A DNA stretch of 64,000 nucleotides from an uncultured Bacilli bacterium (GTDB taxonomy: Bacteria; Bacillota_I; Bacilli_A; RF39; UBA660), in contig CANQST010000003.1 in the NCBI GenBank assembly GCA_947626595.1, forward strand, positions 8,396 through 72,395, written 5' to 3'. The notes beneath the pieces are model-generated. The model was not told where the DNA came from, searched no databases, and saw only the letters and a program-made list of their open reading frames with translations. Both the position numbers and the translations under genes were made by a program. Of this stretch, positions 1 through 8,472 are shown in pieces. The stretch's first letter is position 1, and every line of letters starts with the position of its first letter.

Positions 1-36
1 TTAGCTTTTTTATCTTTATTTATTAGTATCTCAATT

Positions 37-504
37 GTGGACATATTTAATTCTGCTCTGCCTGTTTTTATTGGTGTATTTTTAGATTTTATATTTATTA
101 TTATAGCTATTCATTATCTTAAAAAATCAAATAATTTAAGTGATATTGTTAATAAGGTACTTGATGAGCTAACTAAAGAATTTAATAATGAAGTAAAAAA
201 TATAAGAAAAGAACTTTTAGAAACAAAAGAAGATAATGAGAAAAGTGTAAAACATTATAAAGATGAAGTAAAAAGATTAAGCGATAATACAAAAGTATCT
301 AATAGATGGGAAGATTTTGTGAATTTTAGAAAAAAACATTATAATCAAAAAATCGAGAATTTATTGTTAGAAGTTGGTTTAAAAGAAAAAATTGAAGAAC
401 TAGGAATAAAATATATTAGAATTAATAATAACAATAAAATTAATGATGGAAGTATAGAGGACTATATAATTTATTTCGATAAAATTTTAGAAGAAAGTAC
501 CTAA
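37..504 (+). CDS. hypothetical membrane-anchored coiled-coil protein; reading frame is open back to base 1, so the N-terminus may lie upstream of the window
   Basis: ORF with a hydrophobic N-terminus and a K/E-rich coiled-coil-like middle. No stop codon in frame between bases 1 and 37. Confidence 0.45.
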   Translation: MDIFNSALPVFIGVFLDFIFIIIAIHYLKKSNNLSDIVNKVLDELTKEFNNEVKNIRKELLETKEDNEKSVKHYKDEVKRLSDNTKVSNRWEDFVNFRKKHYNQKIENLLLEVGLKEKIEELGIKYIRINNNNKINDGSIEDYIIYFDKILEEST

Positions 505-518
505 TGAGGTGAAATGAA

Positions 519-1169
519 TTGAATAAGAAAAAATTAAAAGGAGAACGTAAATGGACCTACTATACTAAAAAAATATTAGAAGATATGATAAATACTGATA
601 AAGAATTAAATAAACATAAATATAAAATATATTGTGATACTGATGAAGCAAAAAAAACTTTAAGTGCTGTTGTTTCTTTAAATAAGTATATTAAATGTTC
701 TAATAATGAGATCCATGATATAGATAAATCAATTAACGATTTTACAAATAATAAATTTCATCCAGATATTTTAATTACAGAAGATGTTATTAATGAAGGC
801 ATATCATACTCTATACCTAGATTAGTAATTGAAAATAAATATAATGGTACAAGTTTTACACCTCATGAAATTTTAGCCTATAACTATAAAGCAGATTTAC
901 ATAAAAAATTATATCCAGGTCTTAGATATGGTCTTATTATAGGAAATAGTAGTTATATTAATAATACTACTATAAGATTTGGTAATAACTTTGATTTTAT
1001 TTTATCTTTAAGTGATGAAGTATCTGATAAAGAAAAAGAAAAGTTAATGGATATTGTCAAAAAAAACCTTGATTATGCAACTAAATTGGAAAGTATAATA
1101 GATGATAAGAATAAATCAATATCATGTGTATGCATAGAAAATAATATCGAGTTTGAAGATATAAAATAA
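519..1169 (+). CDS. hypothetical protein with a PD-x(n)-ExK nuclease-like motif (HPDILI...LVIENK); copy 1 of the duplicated cassette gene
   Basis: TTG start preceded by a GAGGTGA SD. Near-identical paralog at 7795-8433. The motif is read directly from the translation. Confidence 0.6.
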   Translation: MNKKKLKGERKWTYYTKKILEDMINTDKELNKHKYKIYCDTDEAKKTLSAVVSLNKYIKCSNNEIHDIDKSINDFTNNKFHPDILITEDVINEGISYSIPRLVIENKYNGTSFTPHEILAYNYKADLHKKLYPGLRYGLIIGNSSYINNTTIRFGNNFDFILSLSDEVSDKEKEKLMDIVKKNLDYATKLESIIDDKNKSISCVCIENNIEFEDIK

Positions 1170-1235
1170 TTTATAGGCATCTATCAAGTGCCTATTTTTT
1201 GTACTTAAGCTATAATAGTTATAGGAAGTGATATT

Positions 1236-1673
1236 ATGCCTGTAATTAAAAAAAATGTAAAAGCAAAAAGTAAAATAGAAATTGATGATAACGAAATTAA
1301 CGTTTATAACCATGAAACAATTAAAAATATTATTAGATATTTAAATGCTTATATGGAGGAAATTAATTTAGATAAAAAAATTTTATATTTTAGTTTTTAT
1401 AATTCAAAAAAATATTTAGTAGAAAATTATAGTTGCTTAAATAAAAAAAATATTGTAATAGTTGATAAGGATTACTTAAATGCTGACGATATAAAACGTT
1501 ATATTATCGAACAAAAACCAAGATATATATTTATTAATTATTATAAATTAACTTCAAATAGAGAAAATTTATTATTAATGAAAGAAAAATTAGGGCATGT
1601 ATTAAATAAGATAGAAGAATATAGTAAAAAATATAATGTAAAATTTATAGTAGCAATAAATAAAGAAGATTAA
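1236..1673 (+). CDS. hypothetical protein, present only in cassette copy 1
   Basis: 145-aa ORF flanked on both sides by the repeated RBS string ggaagtgat. No recognisable motif. Confidence 0.45.
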   Translation: MPVIKKNVKAKSKIEIDDNEINVYNHETIKNIIRYLNAYMEEINLDKKILYFSFYNSKKYLVENYSCLNKKNIVIVDKDYLNADDIKRYIIEQKPRYIFINYYKLTSNRENLLLMKEKLGHVLNKIEEYSKKYNVKFIVAINKED

Positions 1674-1677
1674 GGAA

Positions 1678-2721
1678 GTGATTGGATTGTATGAATATTT
1701 AAATAGTATAGCAAAAGAATACCTTACTAAGGAATTGAGAAGAAATTTTTTTAAGAAATTTGATTCCAAAGATCTATTTAGAAGATGTGAAAAAGAAATG
1801 GATATTCTTTATGATAGAGATTTACTTTTTATTGTTGAACACCTATATAAATTTAAAAAAGAAAATAAAAATGTTAGGTATCATTTTAGAGGTACTATAA
1901 ATAATCTACTACTCTTATATGTATTAGATATAAGTTATGTTAATCCTTTAGAATATAACTTACCTTATGAGTTGTTTAATGATAAAACTATTAATGTTGA
2001 TATAATTAATGAACCTAGTATCCTTTTTATCAATTACTTAAATAAACAAGCAGACAATTTTAAAATAGTTCATGGTAATTTTATAAAAGAAGATATAAGA
2101 GAAGTAAATAAATTCTTAGAAAATCATTATTTATTGTTACCTTGTGGTTATTTAGATAATAGTATGTTTTTAAAGTTTAATGATTTAGATACATTAGAAA
2201 CTATCGATGATTATAGAAACTATAAAGATAAATATATGACAATAAGAATAGATGAAAAAGATATAATAAGATGTGATAATGTATGTCTTGATAATGTATT
2301 TACTAATGATTTTGAAAGAGAAATGTCTAAAATTTTAAAACCTAAAACCATAAATGATTATATAAAAATAAAAAGTATGGCTCATGGTACTGATGTATGG
2401 AAGAATAACCAAGATAAGTTGTTTAAAGAAAAAAAGATAAATTTAGATAATCTAATTACAACACGTGAAGATATATTAGAATACCTATTAAATCACAAAA
2501 TAGATAAAGATGTTGCTTTAGATATTACTATGTTTATTAGTCTAGGGCAAGCACAAAAAGAGCCTATTAAATGGGAACAATACATTAAAATAATGAAAGA
2601 TAACAAGTGTGAAGAAATGTTTATTGATGTTTTCTCTAAAATATTATTTATCTTTGGTAGAGGTCAAGCAGTAAGTGAGTGTTTATATGCTTTAGATAAA
2701 AATAATTATATTGGAGAGTAA
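1678..2721 (+). CDS. miniature DnaE-like protein (homolog of the Pol III alpha palm entry region, lacks PHP and distal domains, catalytic Asp pair not conserved); copy 1
   Basis: HFRGTINNLLLLYVLDISYVNPLEYNLPYELFN aligns to the DnaE [35 protein letters not shown] block. The downstream SILFINYLNKQ...IKEDIREV resembles the RDEVIxYV...AIRDV block of DnaE. The PDxDxDF catalytic position reads VDIINEP. Confidence 0.55.
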   Translation: MIGLYEYLNSIAKEYLTKELRRNFFKKFDSKDLFRRCEKEMDILYDRDLLFIVEHLYKFKKENKNVRYHFRGTINNLLLLYVLDISYVNPLEYNLPYELFNDKTINVDIINEPSILFINYLNKQADNFKIVHGNFIKEDIREVNKFLENHYLLLPCGYLDNSMFLKFNDLDTLETIDDYRNYKDKYMTIRIDEKDIIRCDNVCLDNVFTNDFEREMSKILKPKTINDYIKIKSMAHGTDVWKNNQDKLFKEKKINLDNLITTREDILEYLLNHKIDKDVALDITMFISLGQAQKEPIKWEQYIKIMKDNKCEEMFIDVFSKILFIFGRGQAVSECLYALDKNNYIGE

Positions 2722-2724
2722 AAA

Positions 2725-3393
2725 ATGAATTCAGATACTAACAAACTATTTAAAGCAACTATAACATTTGAAAATGATAATTATATGACTATAGTTTTAT
2801 ATTTAATTTATAATGGTAAAGAAAAATTAAAAAATGTAGTTCCTCAAATAAAGTTTACAACTTGGGGTAATAAATATCTCTTAACTGTTGATATAAAAAA
2901 AATTAAAATTTTAGAAAAATTAAAAAAATTAGATAGCTATGATAAATTATATATAAATGATGTTTTAGAATATGTAAAAACACATCAACAACTATTATTA
3001 GAGTATTGGAACGCTGATATACCAGAGTTTGAAGCAAAACAAATATTTTTTGATGAAACTAATGATCATTTTGGTTGTACTAATTTAAGTAAAAAAAAGT
3101 CGGGTTTACCTATGAATTTAGTTTTATATTGTTCATATCTACTTGATAGAGATAATATATTATTTTTTCAAAATGATTATGGAAAACTTAATTATAATAA
3201 TATGATTATGATGAGTGTTGATAAAGAAAATCCACAAGTATTAGTAGATAGGAAAATAAATATAAAAGAAGAAGATATGATATTTTTAAAAAATTTTATT
3301 AAAAAACATTATAAAACAATAACAGACTATAACAACGATGAACTATATGACGCTGAAATATTTGATTTAATTGATGAAAGTTTAAATAATTAA
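2725..3393 (+). CDS. hypothetical protein
   Basis: 222-aa ORF immediately after the DnaE-like gene. No recognisable motif. Confidence 0.45.
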   Translation: MNSDTNKLFKATITFENDNYMTIVLYLIYNGKEKLKNVVPQIKFTTWGNKYLLTVDIKKIKILEKLKKLDSYDKLYINDVLEYVKTHQQLLLEYWNADIPEFEAKQIFFDETNDHFGCTNLSKKKSGLPMNLVLYCSYLLDRDNILFFQNDYGKLNYNNMIMMSVDKENPQVLVDRKINIKEEDMIFLKNFIKKHYKTITDYNNDELYDAEIFDLIDESLNN

Positions 3394-3416
3394 AAATATT
3401 AGTGGAGATGATGTAA

Positions 3417-3908
3417 ATGTTTTTAAAAAAAATACAACAAAAAAGATATAATAAAATTTTATTAAATGAATTAGAAAAAAAGATAGATATTACTACAGAT
3501 AATCTTATTGAACATCTATTAATGTGTTTATTACTTAAAGATTCAACTAATAATTTAAATCACTATAAAGATGAAGTATATTCAAGTTTTAATAAGACAT
3601 GTCTACTTATTGGTAATAATAAATTTCCTACTAAAAAAATTTTATATAATATTACATTAGATCAATTTAGTGATGTTTTACCTGCTTGGATAAATGGTTA
3701 TATAGAGAATATAAATTATAAAGAAAATGTTAATATAAATAATTATGATAGTTCTTTATTAACTAATTATATAATTGAATACTATAAATGGTTAATTTCT
3801 ATTTTAGCCAAAAGATATTTTGTTAAGCATGAAGAAGTAAATGATAAAATTAATATATTAATTAATAATTATGATAAAGAAACAACTATGAAAAATAATT
3901 ATGTATAA
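3417..3908 (+). CDS. hypothetical protein
   Basis: 163-aa ORF preceded by a GGAGATGA SD. Confidence 0.4.
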   Translation: MFLKKIQQKRYNKILLNELEKKIDITTDNLIEHLLMCLLLKDSTNNLNHYKDEVYSSFNKTCLLIGNNKFPTKKILYNITLDQFSDVLPAWINGYIENINYKENVNINNYDSSLLTNYIIEYYKWLISILAKRYFVKHEEVNDKINILINNYDKETTMKNNYV

Positions 3909-4377
3909 AGTAGGTGATATAAAATTGAAAATATATTCTGTTTTAGGACACTCAAAAGAATCAACTAATTTTAATTATGATTTAGTGTTAAATGAATTGA
4001 ATAAAGATTATAATATAAATGGGATAACTAGAATTGGTTTTACTGATAATGGTTATGAAGTTTTTATAATAACTGATGATGATTTATTAAGTGATGTACC
4101 ACACTTTCATTATCGTAAAAAACAGAAAAGTAAACCTAATGAATTTCATACTTGTATAAAAATAACTGATGTAGGATATTACCATCATATAGGTAATGAA
4201 GATAAATTAAATAAAAAACAAATAGATGATTTAATAAAATTTTTAAATTCTAAACCATTAAATACTAAACATTTTAAAAGTAATTGGGAGTTATTATTAT
4301 TTAGTTGGAATAGTCAAAATAACAATATAATAGTAAATCATAATTTAGAGATACCTAATTATAATAAATTAAAATAA
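3901..4377 (+). CDS. hypothetical protein
   Basis: 158-aa ORF overlapping the previous stop codon. Confidence 0.4.
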   Translation: MYKVGDIKLKIYSVLGHSKESTNFNYDLVLNELNKDYNINGITRIGFTDNGYEVFIITDDDLLSDVPHFHYRKKQKSKPNEFHTCIKITDVGYYHHIGNEDKLNKKQIDDLIKFLNSKPLNTKHFKSNWELLLFSWNSQNNNIIVNHNLEIPNYNKLK

Positions 4378-4639
4378 ATATTAAAAAGGATACAGGGAGA
4401 AAAGACAGTGATAGGGATTTTTTTAATGAAACTTCAGTAATTTTTCCCTGTGCTTTTTTTGTTGTTTTTAAACATTTTAATAGCTTTTTAGGGAAAAATG
4501 GAAGAATTTTTGTTTCTTAAGAATTTAAAAAACACAAAATAAAATATATTTATATATAAAATATTATATAAAAAGATATAAAAAAAAATTTAATAACTTT
4601 TTCCACTTATCCCTAAATACTATATAATCATTGAAAAAC

Positions 4640-4712
4640 AACGAAAAATAGTGGGGAAAAAATTAAAAAAATCTTCTCTAAAAGATCCCTTATTTAGAAG
4701 CTTCCCCACTCA
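4640..4712 (-). terminator. putative intrinsic terminator downstream of the recombinase gene
   Basis: Inverted repeat agtgggga/tccccact. On the minus strand the downstream arm is followed by a T-rich tract. Confidence 0.35.
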
Positions 4713-4723
4713 TATACTTATAT

Positions 4724-5332
4724 TTAACTATTTTTAACTAAATTATAAAAAGTATTAGGTTTTAAATTTAGTAGTTTCATAGCTTCACGAGCCGTGATTT
4801 TCTTATTCTTCCATTTATCGACTACTTCATCAAAATTATCAGGTTTATTTATTTTAGGTCTTCCAAAAGGTCTACCTGTTTTAGTTTTGCCTGTTTTTAA
4901 AGCTAAATCGATACCCTCACGCTGACGTGTTTTAATATAAGTCCTTTCTTGTTCAGCAACATAACTTAATATCTGTAATATTAAATCATTAATAAATGTT
5001 CCTAATAAATCTTTCTTTTGTCTAGTATCAAGTAGAGGCATATCTATTACTACAATATCAGCTTTTATATTTTTAGTGATATCTTTCCACTCATTAACTA
5101 TCATTTCATAATTTCTACCTAAACGATCAATACTTTTAATAAATAGAGTATCATTTTCTCTAAGTATATTTTTTAATAATTTATATTGTTCTCTATCGAA
5201 ATCTTTACCGCTTTTCTTATCGATATAAATATCTCTTTCTAATATACCAATATTTTTAAATGCTTCTATTTGTCGTGCTTCATTTTGTGATGTAGAAGAA
5301 ACACGACCATAACCATATTCTCTTTTTTCCAT
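4724..5332 (-). CDS. small serine recombinase (resolvase/invertase family) with a C-terminal HTH
   Basis: N-terminal YGYGRVSSTSQ catalytic-serine motif. Length 202 aa, typical of the Tn3 resolvase/Hin family. C-terminal HTH-like segment. Confidence 0.85.
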   Translation of the reverse strand: MEKREYGYGRVSSTSQNEARQIEAFKNIGILERDIYIDKKSGKDFDREQYKLLKNILRENDTLFIKSIDRLGRNYEMIVNEWKDITKNIKADIVVIDMPLLDTRQKKDLLGTFINDLILQILSYVAEQERTYIKTRQREGIDLALKTGKTKTGRPFGRPKINKPDNFDEVVDKWKNKKITAREAMKLLNLKPNTFYNLVKNS

Positions 5333-5384
5333 AGTTATATTCTCCTTTCACGTTGATTATATAATTGATTATGAAAGTCATCAC

Positions 5385-5520
5385 TATTATATTTGAAAAA
5401 GTATAAAAGGTTTTCAAATATTTAAAAATTAATAACTTGACTTTTCCAAACACAAAAAACACCTAGATTATCCATAAATCTAAGTGTTTGAAAATGTGTA
5501 CTTTTTCAAATACACATTTT
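5385..5520. promoter_or_regulatory. inverted-repeat cluster upstream of the recombinase gene; candidate res/crossover site or operator
   Basis: atttgaaaa-N11-ttttcaaat, aaaatgtgta-N10-tacacatttt and ttttccaaacac...gtgtttgaaaa, all within 140 bp directly 5' of the recombinase start. Confidence 0.3.
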
Positions 5521-5525
5521 TGTTA

Positions 5526-6464
5526 TTATGCCTTACATGGTCCCCATGATGTATTAGTTTCAGTATCAATACACTTAATATCGTTACTACCACATAAAAC
5601 ACATTTAAATTGGCCACTTTTTATTTCTTTAATATTTTCTTTACTTAATGTTTTTACTCCAATATAACCATGGCAATTATTACAACAAATTTTATATTTA
5701 AAACCCTCTTCAATTGCGTCTGGATCCGAACATGTTGTAACTCTATATATTGTATTATCATTAATTAGTTTTGCATACCTTTTCCATACTTTATCATGTC
5801 CTTTAGTATTAGTAAAAGCATGTAAAATTTCATGTATAAATATACTTATAAGGACCTTTTCTGAATATTTTAATATAAGATTACTTAATTCTATAATAGC
5901 ACTATTGTTGTTATATCTTATACATTGTCCTGCAGCATATGTTAGGTTTTCATTTAATCTGTACTGAATATCTTTAGTTAAGTATTTTTTTATTTCGTCT
6001 TCTCCAATAACCTCTTTTATTACATTAAGGGCTTCGAAATACCCTAATTTTATTTTCATGCTTTGACCTTTTGTTTTTTGTACTCTTTTATTAATAATAA
6101 GAGTAGGATTTTTCTTTCTAAGTAATATTACTTGACAAGGTGCAATTCCTCTTTCTATAATTTCTAGACCAGTTTTTTTATCCACCCAACAATATTTTGG
6201 AGTTAAGTAGAAAAAGTCTTTTTTTCCCTCTATAGTTATTTCTATTTTTAATGGGATTTGATAGTTATACACTACCTCCATTATTTCTTCTAATGTTTGT
6301 CTACTATTAAAAACTAGTTGTATATTTTCGACTGTTTCACTATAGAATTTGATATCTATTTTTTTTAAACTTCCTGTAATGTCCTCAAATAGTTTATTAG
6401 ATTTTGTTAATAACCTTATTTGTCCTATTTTTAAATCCATATTTTTTTTCCTCCTTTCGAACAA
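5526..6464 (-). CDS. SprT-like zinc metalloprotease with a C-terminal Cys-rich zinc-ribbon
   Basis: HEILHAFTNTKGHDKVW (HExxH...GH..W) followed by CCNNCHGY...CVLCGS...C. Confidence 0.5.
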   Translation of the reverse strand: MFERRKKNMDLKIGQIRLLTKSNKLFEDITGSLKKIDIKFYSETVENIQLVFNSRQTLEEIMEVVYNYQIPLKIEITIEGKKDFFYLTPKYCWVDKKTGLEIIERGIAPCQVILLRKKNPTLIINKRVQKTKGQSMKIKLGYFEALNVIKEVIGEDEIKKYLTKDIQYRLNENLTYAAGQCIRYNNNSAIIELSNLILKYSEKVLISIFIHEILHAFTNTKGHDKVWKRYAKLINDNTIYRVTTCSDPDAIEEGFKYKICCNNCHGYIGVKTLSKENIKEIKSGQFKCVLCGSNDIKCIDTETNTSWGPCKA

Positions 6465-6650
6465 ATAGTTATTGTTTTTACCTCATTTCTACAACAATTT
6501 TTTTCTGTTGTAATATTTAGTTACGAAAAAAAACTAAAAAAAAATAAAAAATTTAAAATTTTTTAATAAAAATTGATAAAAAATATATATTCTAACATGA
6601 AAAAAGCTGATAAAAATATTATCAGCTAGAGACTTTCAATAATTTTTTAA

Positions 6651-7034
6651 TTATAAAAAGTCATATTTATTTCTTTCATTTATACTAATTATTATAAATT
6701 TATTGGTCTTAGTTATTTTCATTAAAGAATTAAAACCATCATCAAAAGATGTAGCATAAAAGCTTTCTTTTGGAGAATTTTCATAGATTAATTCTATGTT
6801 GTAAATGCCATAAAAATCTTTCATATCATTTACTAGATCCTCATAAATTTCTGACCTATTTAAAACTAAAGTAAAATCTTTAAATGTAGAGTAGCTAGTA
6901 CAGATGTTATTTTCAATAATATAGTCTTTACTAACTCCACTTATAGTAATTTTATGAATTTCTTTTCCTTGATACTCATCTATTGGTATTAAAAATTCAT
7001 CGTTAAATCTTATTTCTCTTAATTTTTTATTCAT
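6651..7034 (-). CDS. hypothetical protein
   Basis: 127-aa ORF. No recognisable motif. Confidence 0.45.
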   Translation of the reverse strand: MNKKLREIRFNDEFLIPIDEYQGKEIHKITISGVSKDYIIENNICTSYSTFKDFTLVLNRSEIYEDLVNDMKDFYGIYNIELIYENSPKESFYATSFDDGFNSLMKITKTNKFIIISINERNKYDFL

Positions 7035-7368
7035 TAATTAACTCCTTTGTTTTCTGTAAAATTAATGTTATAAAATTATTTGCTTTTTAGATTAGTTAAT
7101 TTTTAATGTTCACATAATATCCTCCGTTTTGTCCTAGTACTTTAATATATAAAAAAATTTAAAAAAATTTTTTAAATTATTATTTATTATTAACTTGGAG
7201 TGGTATAATGATAAAGAAACCACTATTAAAAACATAACAGTTTGTTTTTAGATTAGTCAGCTCCACCATAGTGGTTACCAAACTCGGATTTTTTAAATTA
7301 TTTAATAAGTTCGAGTTTTAATATTTAATAATATATGATAAATGTTTTTAGTAATTAAGGGGAAAAAT

Positions 7369-7768
7369 ATGAAAAAAGAGTTAATTAAAACAAAAATAAA
7401 TGTTAATAACAATAAATAGGTATTTTAAGAATTGGCGATACCGACTATATATCATTAACTGATTTAGCAAAATATTCTAATCCTGAAAATGTGATAATAC
7501 ATTGGATGAGTAATAAAGGAACATTTGATTATATAGGATTATGGGAGAAATTAAAAATAACGAAGTTGGATATTCGTCATTTAATTTAAGTCCTAAAAGA
7601 TGGATTGATAGGACAAATGCCATAGGAATATATTCTAAAGGCGGAAAATATAGCACAGGGACATTTGCTCATCCTGATATAGCATTTGAATTTGCAAGTT
7701 GGTTAAGTCCTACTTTTAAATTATATTTGATTAAAGAATTTGAAAGATTAAAAAGAAATGAAATTTAA
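7369..7768 (+). pseudogene. KilA-N domain protein gene disrupted by two frameshifts in A-runs
   Basis: Three consecutive frames read MKKELIKTKINVNNNK / IGILRIGDTDYISLTDLAKYSNPENVIIHWMSNKGTFDYIGLWEKLK / NNEVGYSSFNLSPKRWIDRTNAIGIYSKGGKYSTGTFAHPDIAFEFASWLSPTFKLYLIKEFERLK. Joined, they reconstitute a canonical KilA-N domain. The shifts sit at aataaatagg (7411-7420) and ttaaaaataac (about 7550). Confidence 0.6.
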
Positions 7769-7782
7769 AAGACAAAAAATGA

Positions 7783-8433
7783 ATGGAGGTTAAAGTGAAT
7801 AAAAAAGAATTAAATGGAGAACGTAAATGGACACAGTATATTAAGAAATTATTAGAAGATATGATAAGTAATGATAAAAAATTAAATAAACATAATTATA
7901 AAATATATTGTGATACTGATAAAGCAAAAAAAACTTTAAGTGCTGTTATTTCTTTAAATAAGTATATTAAATATTCTAATAATATAGATAAATCAATTAA
8001 CGATTTTACAAATAATAAATTTCACCCAGATATTTTAATCATAGAAGATGTTGTTAATGAAGGCATATCATACTCTATACCTAGACTAGTAATTGAAAGT
8101 AAATATAATGGTACAAGTTTTACACCTCATGAAATTTTAGCCTATAACTATAAAGCAGATTTGCATAAAAAATTATATCCAGGTCTTAGATATGGTCTTA
8201 TTATAGGAAATAGTAGTTATATTAATAATACTACTATAAGATTTGGTAATAACTTTGATTTTATTTTATCTCTAAGTGATGAAGTATCTGATAAAGAAAA
8301 AGAAAAGCTAATGGATATTGTCAAAAAGAACCTTGATTATGCAACCAAATTGGAAAGTATAATAGATGATAAGAATAAAAAAATATCATGTATATGTATA
8401 GAAAATAATATTATGTTCAAAGATAAGAAATAA
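7783..8433 (+). CDS. paralog (copy 2) of the 519-1169 protein; the motif here reads LVIESK (E to S). True start is probably GTG at 7795 after the GGAGGT SD
   Basis: About 93-95% nucleotide identity to copy 1. It has a 12-nt deletion (EIHD) relative to copy 1. Confidence 0.6.
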   Translation: MEVKVNKKELNGERKWTQYIKKLLEDMISNDKKLNKHNYKIYCDTDKAKKTLSAVISLNKYIKYSNNIDKSINDFTNNKFHPDILIIEDVVNEGISYSIPRLVIESKYNGTSFTPHEILAYNYKADLHKKLYPGLRYGLIIGNSSYINNTTIRFGNNFDFILSLSDEVSDKEKEKLMDIVKKNLDYATKLESIIDDKNKKISCICIENNIMFKDKK

Positions 8434-8472
8434 TTTTGGGCACCTGTGTTTTTACTATTTAAGTTATAGGAA

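Noticed and set aside
519-1169. Confident assignment of the 216-aa cassette protein as an active PD-(D/E)xK nuclease
   Set aside because: Copy 1 has PD...ExK (LVIENK), but copy 2 has LVIESK at the same position. Either copy 2 is inactive or the motif match is coincidental. I report it only as a nuclease-like motif pending profile or structure searches.
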